Shown here in pieces: positions 7,751 to 17,105 of a stretch of 29,724 bases of DNA (position 1 is the stretch's first letter; each line of letters opens with the position of its first letter). The stretch spans positions 1 to 29,724 of the IMG/VR virus record IMGVR_UViG_3300045988_154091. One strand, written 5' to 3'. The translations under genes and the position numbers were made by a program. The notes beneath the pieces are model-generated. The model ran no database searches. It had not been told where the DNA came from and saw only the letters and a program-made list of their open reading frames with translations. Source of the DNA: a virus.

Positions 7751-8509
7751 ATGCAACCGAACGAAATTGTATCATTCGACAACCCAGAGTTCGGGCGAGT
7801 TCGAGTACTCGAACAGGAGGGTGAACCGTGGTTTGTCGCAAAAGACGTTGCGACAATTCTCGGGTATAAGAACCCAGGAAAAGCAATAAAAGACCACGTA
7901 GACCAGGAAGATAAATTCAATAACGTTTCGTTATCGAGTTTGGGACAACGCGGTGGCTGGCTCATTAATGAATCTGGCCTTTATTCGATGATTTTAAGCT
8001 CAAAGATGAAGCAGGCGAAGGCGTTCAAACGATGGGTAACGCATGAGGTACTGCCATCCATACACCGCACGGGCGGTTACGTTGCCGCCAAGCCCGACGA
8101 TTCCCCCGAGGAGATCATGGCCCGCGCCGTGCTGGTGGCGCAGGAGACGATCGAGCGCCAGAAGCGGCAGCTCGACGAGATGAAGCCCAAGGCCGTGTTC
8201 GCCGATGCCGTGGCCACATCCAAAACATCCATCCTGATCGGCGACCTCGCGAAGATCCTGAAGCAGAACGGCGTGGATATGGGGCAGCGCCGCCTTTTCG
8301 AGTGGATGCGCCAGCGCGGCTACCTGATGAGGGCCAACGGAAGCTCGCACAACATGCCGACGCAGCGCAGCATGGAACGCGGCTGGTTCGAGATCAAGGA
8401 AACGTCCATCACCCACAGCGACGGCCACATAACCGTGCAGAGGACCCCGAAGGTGACGGGCAAGGGCCAGCAGTACTTCATCAACCTCTTTCTGAACGGA
8501 GCAGCGTAA
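7751..8509 (+). CDS. Phage antirepressor, Bro-N plus KilA-C (ANT) domains
   Basis: ATG at 7751 after the RBS aaaggagg. N-terminus QPNEIVSFDNPEFGRVRVLEQEGEPWFVAKDVATILGY is Bro-N-like. C-terminus AKILKQNGVDMGQRRLFEWMRQRGYL... is KilAC/ANT-like. Confidence 0.7.
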   Translation: MQPNEIVSFDNPEFGRVRVLEQEGEPWFVAKDVATILGYKNPGKAIKDHVDQEDKFNNVSLSSLGQRGGWLINESGLYSMILSSKMKQAKAFKRWVTHEVLPSIHRTGGYVAAKPDDSPEEIMARAVLVAQETIERQKRQLDEMKPKAVFADAVATSKTSILIGDLAKILKQNGVDMGQRRLFEWMRQRGYLMRANGSSHNMPTQRSMERGWFEIKETSITHSDGHITVQRTPKVTGKGQQYFINLFLNGAA

Positions 8510-8715
8510 TGAGCAAGCAGATAAACAACCAGGCAATGGACAACCTCGTGGCCGTCGAGCTGAAGCTGAAGGGATTGCAGGAAGTGATGCTCGCGCTCGC
8601 CGAGTCGCCCGTGAGCCTGGAGAACGCGCCGCACTTCGTGTACTACGCGGTGAGCGACATAGCCGAGGACATGACCGAAGCGCTAGATTCCATACTTGGA
8701 CGAAAAGCCGAATAG
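8509..8715 (+). CDS. Hypothetical small protein
   Basis: ATG overlaps the upstream stop (taATG). 68 aa. Confidence 0.4.
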   Translation: MSKQINNQAMDNLVAVELKLKGLQEVMLALAESPVSLENAPHFVYYAVSDIAEDMTEALDSILGRKAE

Positions 8716-8728
8716 CGGCAACGCAACC

Positions 8729-8759
8729 GAAGCCCCGCCATGTGCGGGGCTTTTTTTCG
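8729..8759 (+). terminator. Rho-independent terminator
   Basis: ccccgc-catgt-gcgggg hairpin followed by tttttttcgc. Confidence 0.7.
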
Positions 8760-8893
8760 CCCTGTGACACCTCCAGCACAATCGCAGCATCGCGCGCAGC
8801 GGCGGACGGCTGCAACCGCACGCCCCAAGCGGAAGAGGGCACCGAGCGCGCAGTGAAGCGCGGAAAAAACGCCGATAGAGAGGAACTTACGGC

Positions 8894-9493
8894 ATGGCAA
8901 ACGGCAACGACCCAGAACCCAAGCAAGGCAACGGCAACGGCAACGACCCAGAACCCAAGGGCGGCGAACCCAAGGGCACGCCAAGCGACGAGCAGAAGAT
9001 GAAGCGCCTTGAACAGCAGGTTGAAGCGCTCAAAACCCAGCTCTCAGAAGCCCAGCAGCAGGTTACCGACCTCACCGCCAACCTCGACAAAGCGCTTACC
9101 GAGGATGACGTTAAGGCCGCCGTGGAAGCTGCGAAGGCCGAGGCGGAGAAGGCGCAGCAGGAGCTTGCGGCAAGCGCAAGCGACCGAGAGAAGCGCCTAA
9201 CGGTCGAGAACGAGCTGATCAAGGCCAACTGCATCGACACGGCTGGCGCAATGGCCCACATCGACATGGGCGGCGTTGAGATCGCCAAGGACGGGCACGT
9301 GAGCGGCTTGGACGTGTCCAAGCTCGCCGAGGACTACGCCCACCTGTTCCAGCAGCCCAACACCTCCAGCGTTTCCAGCGCAGGAACGCCAGCAGGCGCG
9401 GGCAAGAAAATGACGAAGGAAGAGATCATGGCCATCAAGAACCCGCAGAAGCGGCACAAGGCCATCGAAGACAACTACGAGCTATTCGACTAA
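8894..9493 (+). CDS. Head scaffolding protein
   Basis: 199 aa, coiled-coil and charged (EQQVEALKTQLSEAQQQV, AAKAEAEKAQQEL). Sits directly upstream of the major capsid gene. The N-terminus has a short tandem repeat NGNDPEPK x2. Confidence 0.65.
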   Translation: MANGNDPEPKQGNGNGNDPEPKGGEPKGTPSDEQKMKRLEQQVEALKTQLSEAQQQVTDLTANLDKALTEDDVKAAVEAAKAEAEKAQQELAASASDREKRLTVENELIKANCIDTAGAMAHIDMGGVEIAKDGHVSGLDVSKLAEDYAHLFQQPNTSSVSSAGTPAGAGKKMTKEEIMAIKNPQKRHKAIEDNYELFD

Positions 9494-9503
9494 GGAGCCG
9501 AAC

Positions 9504-10367
9504 ATGGCTAAAAACCAATTCCTGACCAAGGCGGTAGACGCCGACTTCGCTACCACCTTCGAGCTGAAGGCCAACAAGCTCATCGAGATGCTTGGGGTAA
9601 CCCAGGCGATCCCAGCTGGCCCGAAGGAAACGCTGTCCCAGTACAAGCTCACTGGCGAGCTGTCCACCGAAGCCTACGTCAAGGGCAACGAGATCCCAAC
9701 CACCGAGTACAACCGCGAGAAGGTGCGCGACTTCGCCATCACGCTGGACTACTACCACACCAAGACGTACCTGGAGGACATCATCACAAAGGGCTACGAC
9801 CAGGCCGTGAACGAATCCGACGAGCGCTTGATCAACCAGATCCAGTCAAAGATCAAGAAGAAGATGATCACGGCGCTCGGCACAGGCACCGGCACGGCCG
9901 AGGGCACCGACTTCGTCAAGTGCGCATCCAATGCATGGGCGAAGCTGAAGAACGCCTCCGAGGACTACGGCGACACGACCGCGCTGTTCTTCGCGAACCC
10001 GATCGACTTTGCCGAGACAATCGCAAACTCCGAGGTGTTCGCCGCCTTCGGCCTGCAGTACATCACCAACTGGGCTGGCCTCGGCAACTTGATCTTCACC
10101 AACGCTGTGCCCGCCGGCTCCATCTACTGCACGGCCTCCGGCAACATCAAGGTGCACTACATCCCAGCATCCAGCGCGAAGCTTCCCGACATCGACCTGA
10201 AGACCGATGAGACCGGCTACATCGCCGTGTGCCACCAGTCCACGCTGGTCAAGGCCGCATACGACACCGTTGCCATCTCGGGCATCGAGATCTTCCCCGA
10301 GATCGTCGACCTCGTGTTCAAGGGCACCATCAAGGCCGCCGCAGCGCAGGCCAGCACCAAGGGCTAA
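9504..10367 (+). CDS. Major capsid protein
   Basis: 287 aa, follows the scaffold gene. Strong RBS ctaaggagccgaac. Confidence 0.6.
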   Translation: MAKNQFLTKAVDADFATTFELKANKLIEMLGVTQAIPAGPKETLSQYKLTGELSTEAYVKGNEIPTTEYNREKVRDFAITLDYYHTKTYLEDIITKGYDQAVNESDERLINQIQSKIKKKMITALGTGTGTAEGTDFVKCASNAWAKLKNASEDYGDTTALFFANPIDFAETIANSEVFAAFGLQYITNWAGLGNLIFTNAVPAGSIYCTASGNIKVHYIPASSAKLPDIDLKTDETGYIAVCHQSTLVKAAYDTVAISGIEIFPEIVDLVFKGTIKAAAAQASTKG

Positions 10368-10370
10368 CCG

Positions 10371-10709
10371 ATGGCGGCGCTAAAGCCGACATACAGCGAG
10401 TACGTCAGCTTCGGCGGCGCTTGTGGGGAGGACGGGTTCGATTCCGCCCTCCCCTCTGCTTATGCGCAGGCGAAGCAGCGCTGCTGTATGCATGACCTGG
10501 GAAACATCACAGAAGACGAGGCGACCGCCTTCCGCCGTGCGGTGTGCGCAGCAATCGACGCCATAGAGGGCGAGACCCCTGGCGCGGCCAGCTACACGGC
10601 TGGCGGCATATCGGTGAGCTTCGGGCAGTCGGAGACGCGCAGGCGCACGGTTGCCGCGGCGATCGAGCGCGAGCTCAGCGGCACCAGCCTTATGGAGGTC
10701 GGGATCTGA
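10371..10709 (+). CDS. Head-tail connector (gp6-like) protein
   Basis: 112 aa. Position and size. Confidence 0.45.
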   Translation: MAALKPTYSEYVSFGGACGEDGFDSALPSAYAQAKQRCCMHDLGNITEDEATAFRRAVCAAIDAIEGETPGAASYTAGGISVSFGQSETRRRTVAAAIERELSGTSLMEVGI

Positions 10710-11026
10710 TGATCTACAACACTTCAATCACCGTATGGAAGCCGCAGGAGGACGGCAGGAGGGTTTCCTGGAAGCGCTACGTCTTCTCGCCCGCAAGGCT
10801 GGAAGCCACCGAGGGGGCGACTGCCTCCGCCGACGGCGACCAGAGCGCACGCACCGCAACGCTTTACATGCCGCACCCGATAGGCGCGAAGCTCTCGCGC
10901 AAGGACAAGGTGATGCCAGGCGTTTGCGGCTCCCCCGTCCCGCCCAGCCAGGCGCTCACGGTGCAGACAGTCGCGGCGCTGCGCATCGGGCGCAGCGCCC
11001 ACCACTACGAGCTGACGCTGGCATGA
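10709..11026 (+). CDS. Head closure / head-tail adaptor protein
   Basis: ATGA overlap with the upstream gene. 105 aa. Confidence 0.4.
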   Translation: MIYNTSITVWKPQEDGRRVSWKRYVFSPARLEATEGATASADGDQSARTATLYMPHPIGAKLSRKDKVMPGVCGSPVPPSQALTVQTVAALRIGRSAHHYELTLA

Positions 11027-11388
11027 GCGAGTTCCGCGTCAAGAGCGTAGACGTTTCGCGGGCGCTGGCGAAGTCCACCATGGTTAAGACCGAGGCGGCG
11101 CGCGCCTACGCCCTTGCGGCGAAGGACGATTCCAACAGGATGGCACCGTTCCTGACGGGCTCTCTCCGCCAAAGCGGCCAGGTGAAGGCCGCCAACGGCA
11201 AGGCGGAGCTGTCGTGGGGCGGTGTCGGCGGCGTTCGGTACGCCCGCCCGCAGTACTACGCGCAATCTGGCTGGCAGTACACAACCGCGGGCACTGGGCC
11301 GCGCTGGTTCGACAAGGCGAAGGCAAGCAGGGCGGCGGCATGGCTGCGCGCCGCCCAGACCATCGTAAGGAGCAGTTTCAATGACTAA
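11023..11388 (+). CDS. Tail component (HK97 gp10-like) protein
   Basis: ATG at 11023 in frame with ORF 10651..11388. 121 aa. Position. Confidence 0.4.
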   Translation: MSEFRVKSVDVSRALAKSTMVKTEAARAYALAAKDDSNRMAPFLTGSLRQSGQVKAANGKAELSWGGVGGVRYARPQYYAQSGWQYTTAGTGPRWFDKAKASRAAAWLRAAQTIVRSSFND

Positions 11389-11818
11389 CGGACACGACCA
11401 GCACCTGGCAACGCAGGTGCTCGACCTGATGGAAGAGGTCGTTGCGGGTGTCGATGCCAACATTCCCGTGCGCTTCGAGGAGCTTTCGGCGGAGCCTGGC
11501 AAGCTCCCCCGCATGATGCTGCAGCTGAAGGACGGCGGCGGGGAGGAGAGCCGCTACATCAGCGGCGAGGTCCTTTGCCCGATGCCGTTCAACCTCACGC
11601 TGCGCATCGCCGCCAACGACCAGCAGGAGCGCCTTGACGCTGCCGAGGTGCTTTCCAAGGTCGCAAGCGGCTTCCTTGACGCTTGCGTGGTGCTTGACGG
11701 CTACGTGGCCTACAAGCGCCCAACGGCTGGCGTCCCCTACTGCCTCGGGAGAGCGGAGGCGTTCGAGGACTGGCAGGTCTCGTTCGACCTGAAGTACAAG
11801 CGCGCGGCGACATGGTGA
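11381..11818 (+). CDS. Tail terminator / tail completion protein
   Basis: 145 aa. Overlapping start. Lies immediately before the major tail protein gene. Confidence 0.4.
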   Translation: MTNGHDQHLATQVLDLMEEVVAGVDANIPVRFEELSAEPGKLPRMMLQLKDGGGEESRYISGEVLCPMPFNLTLRIAANDQQERLDAAEVLSKVASGFLDACVVLDGYVAYKRPTAGVPYCLGRAEAFEDWQVSFDLKYKRAATW

Positions 11819-11867
11819 CGCAGGCACCACAATGCAACCAACGAACACGAGCATGAAGGGAGCCTAA

Positions 11868-12365
11868 ATGGCTGACATCACCACCGCAGAGGTACCGATC
11901 TGGGGCGACGAGCTGCAGGATTGGATGAACATCGGCGATTCGACCACGCCCAACTGGGTCAACGTGACGAACCTGCTCTCCTGGGAGTTCAGCGACGACG
12001 CGAACACCTACGAGCCAGAGTACATCGACACGAAGCGCCGACCGAAGTACACGCTCTCGAAGAGCGCTTCCATCGACTACGAGAAGGACATGTACCGCAA
12101 CAACGCCCTCGATACCTTCCTCGCATCGCACGAGGACGACACCAACGTGCCAGTCGAGGTTTGCCGCGTGCGCACGTGGGAGAAGGCAGCAGGCTCTTCT
12201 GGCGGCCTCGTCGCAAAGAAGGCGGCGTTCCTGCTCACGCCGAACCAGCTGGACAAGAACACCGCGGGCGAGCCCATCAAGCTGAAGGGCACCCTATCCA
12301 TGAGCGACAACGACTGGACGCAGGGCACCTGGAGCGCGGGCAAGTTCACCGCCGCAACCGCCTAG
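11868..12365 (+). CDS. Major tail (tube) protein
   Basis: 165 aa. RBS gaagggagcc. Placed between the tail terminator and the chaperone genes. A hairpin plus T-run follows at about 12400-12450. Confidence 0.6.
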   Translation: MADITTAEVPIWGDELQDWMNIGDSTTPNWVNVTNLLSWEFSDDANTYEPEYIDTKRRPKYTLSKSASIDYEKDMYRNNALDTFLASHEDDTNVPVEVCRVRTWEKAAGSSGGLVAKKAAFLLTPNQLDKNTAGEPIKLKGTLSMSDNDWTQGTWSAGKFTAATA

Positions 12366-12465
12366 CGCAGGGCATGCAACAGACATAGACATTTCCACTA
12401 ACCAAGCCTCAGCGGGCTTTACTACCTTTCACCGCTGGGGCTTCGGCTTTTTCAGGAGGCAAACA

Positions 12466-12882
12466 ATGGCTTTTACTTTCAAGGAACGCGATATCCGCGT
12501 GGTGATCGGCAACAACTGGTATGTGATCCACATGGGCAACGCCTCGATGCTTGACGCTGTGGCCAAGGCGAAGAAGGCGCTCAACGACCTCGACATCAAC
12601 GAATCAGGAGACATCGAATCAGGAGACAGCCCAGCCCGCACGGTGTCGGGGCTTCTGCGCGATTACGTTGGGGCGGTGCTTGGCACTGAGGCGCAGAACG
12701 CCATCTTCGAAAGCCGCGAGCCTAACCCGCTTGACGAGTTGGAGCTTGTGGCTTTCCTGGTCGAGACGATGGAGACCGAGGGCGCTAAAACCGACAGTGA
12801 CGGCTTGGCGAAAATGGCTAGCGACATTGGGATCGAGTCTAGCGGCTTGATCGGATACATGCAGGGGCTTAACACCCTGTAG
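12466..12882 (+). CDS. Tail assembly chaperone (paralogue 1)
   Basis: 138 aa, acidic C-terminus, upstream of the tape measure gene. RBS caggaggc. Confidence 0.5.
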   Translation: MAFTFKERDIRVVIGNNWYVIHMGNASMLDAVAKAKKALNDLDINESGDIESGDSPARTVSGLLRDYVGAVLGTEAQNAIFESREPNPLDELELVAFLVETMETEGAKTDSDGLAKMASDIGIESSGLIGYMQGLNTL

Positions 12883-12903
12883 CGGCTAGCAAAGGAGCAG
12901 ACA

Positions 12904-13269
12904 ATGGGCTTTGAGTTCAAAAATCGCAAGACCACGGTAGAGGTTTGCGGCAAGACCTACGTGATCGAGAAGGGCAACGTTGACGTTGCCCAGCGCGTTG
13001 ACGCGATGCAGAAGCGCATGGCCAACATGACCGAATCGGAGCTGAACAGCCCAGATGCAATGAAGAAGGTTTCCGATGCCCTGCGCGACCTTGTGGGCGC
13101 GCTGCTCGGCAAGAAGGCGCAGGAGGAGATCTTCGAAGGGCGCAACCCGAACATCCTCGACGAGATCGAGCTTCTAGCCTACCTCCTGGACGAGCTGAAC
13201 AGCATCGAGTCCGATGGCATAGACGACGTTCTGGCCCGCCTGGACGTTTCCGTGAAGCGGAGCAAGTAA
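12904..13269 (+). CDS. Tail assembly chaperone (paralogue 2)
   Basis: 121 aa. Clear similarity to 12466..12882 (MAFTFKERDIRVVIGNNWYVI versus MGFEFKNRKTTVEVCGKTYVI; NPLDELELVAFL versus NILDEIELLAYL). RBS aaaggagcag. Confidence 0.5.
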   Translation: MGFEFKNRKTTVEVCGKTYVIEKGNVDVAQRVDAMQKRMANMTESELNSPDAMKKVSDALRDLVGALLGKKAQEEIFEGRNPNILDEIELLAYLLDELNSIESDGIDDVLARLDVSVKRSK

Positions 13270-13884
13270 ATGGCAGGCGCTCTCACTGGGGGCTTGCCCG
13301 ATTCCGTCGAGGTCTCGGGCAGGCCCCTTCGCGTTTACACCGACTGGCGCACATGGGTTGACGTGTGGCGCATAGCCGACAACCCCGGTGCCGAAGCTTC
13401 CGACCGCGTGATAGGCGTTCTGGCTCTCGCCTACCCCAACGAAGGCACCAGCCCAACGCCGTTCGAGGAAGCCCTGGGAAGCCCTGTGGAAGCCGTGACG
13501 GCCGCAATCGGCTTCCTGGAGCGCAAGCGCCCAGGCATGGCGCAGCGCCCGCAGACGGCGCGCGAGAGGCGGCTTTCGAGGAAGCGGCTGCTCGACTGGG
13601 ACTACGACGGCGAGCGCATAGCCGCCGACTTCCAGCGCGAGTACGGCATCGACCTCACGGACGAGGCGACAGGCATGCACTGGTGGCGGTTCATGGCGCT
13701 GCTTGGCGGGCTTGGTGACGGCTCGCAAACAATGAGGGCGATAAGCACGAGGGCGGCCGACCTCGACGACAAGCGGCTTGGCAGGGAAGAGCGCCGCGCT
13801 CTGCGAGAGCGAAAGCAGGCGTACATGCTGCCAGCGAGGACACGGGAGGAAGCCGCCGCCAATCGCATGATACGAGGTGAGTAG
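13270..13884 (+). CDS. Gp15-like tail-module protein
   Basis: 204 aa between the chaperones and the tape measure gene. taaATG overlap. Confidence 0.4.
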   Translation: MAGALTGGLPDSVEVSGRPLRVYTDWRTWVDVWRIADNPGAEASDRVIGVLALAYPNEGTSPTPFEEALGSPVEAVTAAIGFLERKRPGMAQRPQTARERRLSRKRLLDWDYDGERIAADFQREYGIDLTDEATGMHWWRFMALLGGLGDGSQTMRAISTRAADLDDKRLGREERRALRERKQAYMLPARTREEAAANRMIRGE

Positions 13885-13887
13885 CGG

Positions 13888-16251
13888 GTGGCAGATGGCC
13901 GCGTTGTAATAGAGATCGATGCCGATTCCTCGAAGTTCTCCGCTGCGGTGGGGAAGCTCGGCGACACAGCGAAGCAGAGCCTCGGCACCGCCATAAAGGG
14001 CTCCTTCATCGGCAACCTGCTCGCAAACGCCTTCAGCAAGGCGTCGGGCGTCATATCCAGCAGCCTTGACGGCGCGATCAGCCGCGTGGACATCCTCAAC
14101 CAGTTCCCACGCGTGATGGAGCAGCTGGGCTACGGCGCAGACAGCGCCTCGGCCGCCATCGGCAAGATGAGCGACCACATCCAGGGGCTGCCAACGAAGC
14201 TCGACTCCATCGCGGGAAGCGTGCAGCGCGTCGTGCCGAAGTTCAAGGACGTTGGCAAGGCAACGGACGTCATGCTGGCGTTCAACGATGCCCTTGTTGC
14301 GGGCGGGCAGTCCGTGCAGGTGCAGGAAGCCGCGCTGGAGCAGTACGTGCAGGGCATCAGCAAGGGAAAGTTCGAGCTGGAGGAATGGCGCAGCATTCAA
14401 ACCGCAATGCCAGGCCAGCTCGATGCCGTCGCGCAGTCGATGCTCGGCGCCGGGAAATCATCGAACGACCTGTACGAGGCGCTGAAATCTGGCAAGGTCT
14501 CCGTTGACGACTTCTGCGACGCCTTCGTGAAGCTCGATTCCGAGGGAATCAACGGCATGGCATCGTTCGCCGAGCAGGCGAAGACCGGCTCAGCTGGCAT
14601 CGCGACCAGCATGAGCAACGCCGCCAACGCCGTTACCGTTCAGCTCGCCAACATAATCGACAAGATCAACGAGCACGGCGAGATAGCCGCTGGGTTCGAC
14701 GCGATCAAGCAGGCTGTTACCGAGTTCGGCGGGGCTGCGGTCAACGCAGTCGGCTGGGTGAAGGACAACTTCGGCACGATCGCGCCGATCGTTGCGGCGG
14801 TCGGTGCGGCTTTCACCGCCCTGCAGATCGTCCCAGCCATAATGCCAGCCGTCGGCGCGGTCAAGTCGCTTGTAGCGGTGGTACGCAGCGTCGGCGCGGC
14901 CTCCGTCGCGATCAAGGCGCTCGGCGGCGCGGTTGCAGCGGTCGGCGGCCCTGTAACCATCGTGATAGCCGCCATCGCGGCGCTGGTTGCCGTGTTCGCC
15001 ACGCTGTACGCCACGAACAGCGACTTCGCTTCCGCGGTGAACTCCGCCTGGTCCCAGATCCAGGCCGCGTTCGCTTCGGTGCTGCCGTCGTTGCAGCAGC
15101 TTGGCGCGGCCTTCTCCCAGATGGCGGCGGCGGTGCTTCCGTCCATCCAGCAGATAGCCACAACGCTGATCGAGCTTGGAGCGAGCATCATAAGCGCGCT
15201 GCTTCCCGTTATCCAGCAGATAGCCGAGGCCGTAACGGCTGCGCTGCCGACCATCATCAGCATCCTCACGACGGTGATAGGCGTGATCTCCGCCGTCATA
15301 TCGGCGGCCGTCTCGCTGGCTTCGGCGGTTCTGCCAGTCGTCGTGGCTGCGATCCAGACCGTTATCGACGTGGTAACGGCCGTGGTCTCCTTCTTCGCCA
15401 GCTTCGGGCAGGCGCTTGTTTCCGCAGCGCAGAGCGCCGCCGATTTCGTCACAAACGTCGGCTCCTTCCTAAGCGGGCTTCCTGGCGTTATATGGGGCTT
15501 CCTGACGGGCGCGCTATCCTTCGTGGCAAGCTTCGTCGGGCAGATGGCCGGCAACGCGATCCAGGCTGGATCCCAGTTCGTCAGCAACGTGGGAAGCGCG
15601 ATCTCGGCGGCTCCTGGGCGCATCTGGGGCGTTTTGAGCAGCGCGATCGGCCAGGCCGCAAGCTTCGTCGGGCAGATGGCCAGCAAGGCTTCGCAGGCAG
15701 GCCAGCAGTTCGCAAGCAACATCATCAACACGCTCTCCGGCATCCCTGGGCAGGTTGCAAGCATCGGCGGGCAGATCGTCAACGGCATAGCCAACGGCAT
15801 ACGCGGCGCTGCTGGTGCGGTTGTCTCCGCATTGGGCGGCGTTGTAAACCAAGCCGTCGAGCACGCTAAGAGCATGCTGGGCATCCACTCGCCCTCGCGC
15901 GTCATGCGCGACCTGATCGGCAAGAACATCGCGCGCGGCGTTGCCGTGGGCATCGAGGACGAGACGGCAACCGCGGTTAGCGCCGTGAGGGCCATGAGCG
16001 CCCAGGTGGTGGAAGCAGGCAACGCTTCCATGGAGATACCGCCCATAGAGGTTCAGAAGGCCGTTGCCGTGATGGACTCCACCACGCAGGAATCCGTGTT
16101 CGGCGATTCCTTCATGCAGGGCGTGCAGGCGATCACCGAGCGCCTCGACCTCATCTACGCGAAGCTGGACGAGATCAAGCAGGCAATACAGGAAGACAGG
16201 GAGGTGCGGATCGACAAGCGCGAGTTCGCACGCCTTGTGAGGGAGGTATAG
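13888..16251 (+). CDS. Tail tape measure protein
   Basis: 787 aa. Long Ala/Gly/Val-rich repetitive hydrophobic core with coiled-coil ends. Largest gene in the tail module. Confidence 0.8.
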   Translation: MADGRVVIEIDADSSKFSAAVGKLGDTAKQSLGTAIKGSFIGNLLANAFSKASGVISSSLDGAISRVDILNQFPRVMEQLGYGADSASAAIGKMSDHIQGLPTKLDSIAGSVQRVVPKFKDVGKATDVMLAFNDALVAGGQSVQVQEAALEQYVQGISKGKFELEEWRSIQTAMPGQLDAVAQSMLGAGKSSNDLYEALKSGKVSVDDFCDAFVKLDSEGINGMASFAEQAKTGSAGIATSMSNAANAVTVQLANIIDKINEHGEIAAGFDAIKQAVTEFGGAAVNAVGWVKDNFGTIAPIVAAVGAAFTALQIVPAIMPAVGAVKSLVAVVRSVGAASVAIKALGGAVAAVGGPVTIVIAAIAALVAVFATLYATNSDFASAVNSAWSQIQAAFASVLPSLQQLGAAFSQMAAAVLPSIQQIATTLIELGASIISALLPVIQQIAEAVTAALPTIISILTTVIGVISAVISAAVSLASAVLPVVVAAIQTVIDVVTAVVSFFASFGQALVSAAQSAADFVTNVGSFLSGLPGVIWGFLTGALSFVASFVGQMAGNAIQAGSQFVSNVGSAISAAPGRIWGVLSSAIGQAASFVGQMASKASQAGQQFASNIINTLSGIPGQVASIGGQIVNGIANGIRGAAGAVVSALGGVVNQAVEHAKSMLGIHSPSRVMRDLIGKNIARGVAVGIEDETATAVSAVRAMSAQVVEAGNASMEIPPIEVQKAVAVMDSTTQESVFGDSFMQGVQAITERLDLIYAKLDEIKQAIQEDREVRIDKREFARLVREV

Positions 16252-16253
16252 GC

Positions 16254-17102
16254 ATGCAGATAGCGATGGCCTACGAGGGCGGAAGCGGCGGGCGCGTGGA
16301 GTTCGGGGCAGACGGCGGAGAGCTTCACCTCTTCGAGAACGCCGCAAGGAACGCCAGCTGGAAGCACGACACCGCCAACGGGCGCATAACGCGCCTCTAC
16401 AAGGAGCCAGCCGAGATCGAGCTGAAGGTCGGCATAGCCGCGGCAACCGAGGAGCGCGGCCTTGCGCTTCGCGAGGAGCTGGTAACCGTCACCGAGCGCG
16501 ATGCGCTGAACTTCACCGCCGGCAAGCTCTGGTGCAACGGCTGGTACCTGCCTTGCTTCGTCACGGCGCGCAAGTACGGAGAGTGGTGGCACGATGGGCG
16601 CTTCTGCGAGTGCGAGCTGGGCATAGCCTGCGAGGAGCTGACGTGGTACCGCGCAGAGGAGCGCCACTTCTTCGCGATCGGAGAGGGCAGCTCCGCCGAT
16701 GCCGTGGACTACCCGCACGACTTCGCCTACGACTACGGCACCAGCCCGATTTCATCTTCAAAAATAGAGAACCAGTCCCTCTCCCCCGCCGATGCAGTCA
16801 TTCGCATGTACGGCCCGTGCAGCGAGCCGCACGTGACGATCGGAGGCAACGCCTACGGCGTGAAGGTGACGCTCGATCCGGGCGAGTACGTGGAGATAGA
16901 CACAAGGGCGCAGACGATCGTGAAGCACGGCCTCAGCGGCGCGCTGGACAACGTGTTCGGCAAGCGGTACCAAGGCGGCGAGGATTCCTCCTCATACGTC
17001 TTCAAGCAGGTTCCCAGCGGCGTTTCCGACGTTGCATCGCCCGGGGACTTCAGCTTCGACATCACAGTGTTCGAGCACCGCTCCGAGCCAGAATGGAGCT
17101 AG
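16254..17102 (+). CDS. Distal tail protein (Dit)
   Basis: 282 aa immediately after the tape measure gene. Confidence 0.55.
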   Translation: MQIAMAYEGGSGGRVEFGADGGELHLFENAARNASWKHDTANGRITRLYKEPAEIELKVGIAAATEERGLALREELVTVTERDALNFTAGKLWCNGWYLPCFVTARKYGEWWHDGRFCECELGIACEELTWYRAEERHFFAIGEGSSADAVDYPHDFAYDYGTSPISSSKIENQSLSPADAVIRMYGPCSEPHVTIGGNAYGVKVTLDPGEYVEIDTRAQTIVKHGLSGALDNVFGKRYQGGEDSSSYVFKQVPSGVSDVASPGDFSFDITVFEHRSEPEWS

Positions 17103-17105
17103 CCG

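Noticed and set aside
12400-13300. Canonical -1 programmed frameshift (G/GT) in the tail chaperone.
   Set aside because: No overlapping -1 ORF or slippery heptamer was evident. Two separate same-frame paralogous genes occupy the position instead.
13888-16251. Internal repeats in the tape measure gene as a separate repeat feature.
   Set aside because: Ala/Gly/Val-rich periodicity is the normal low-complexity structure of tape measure proteins and not a distinct element.
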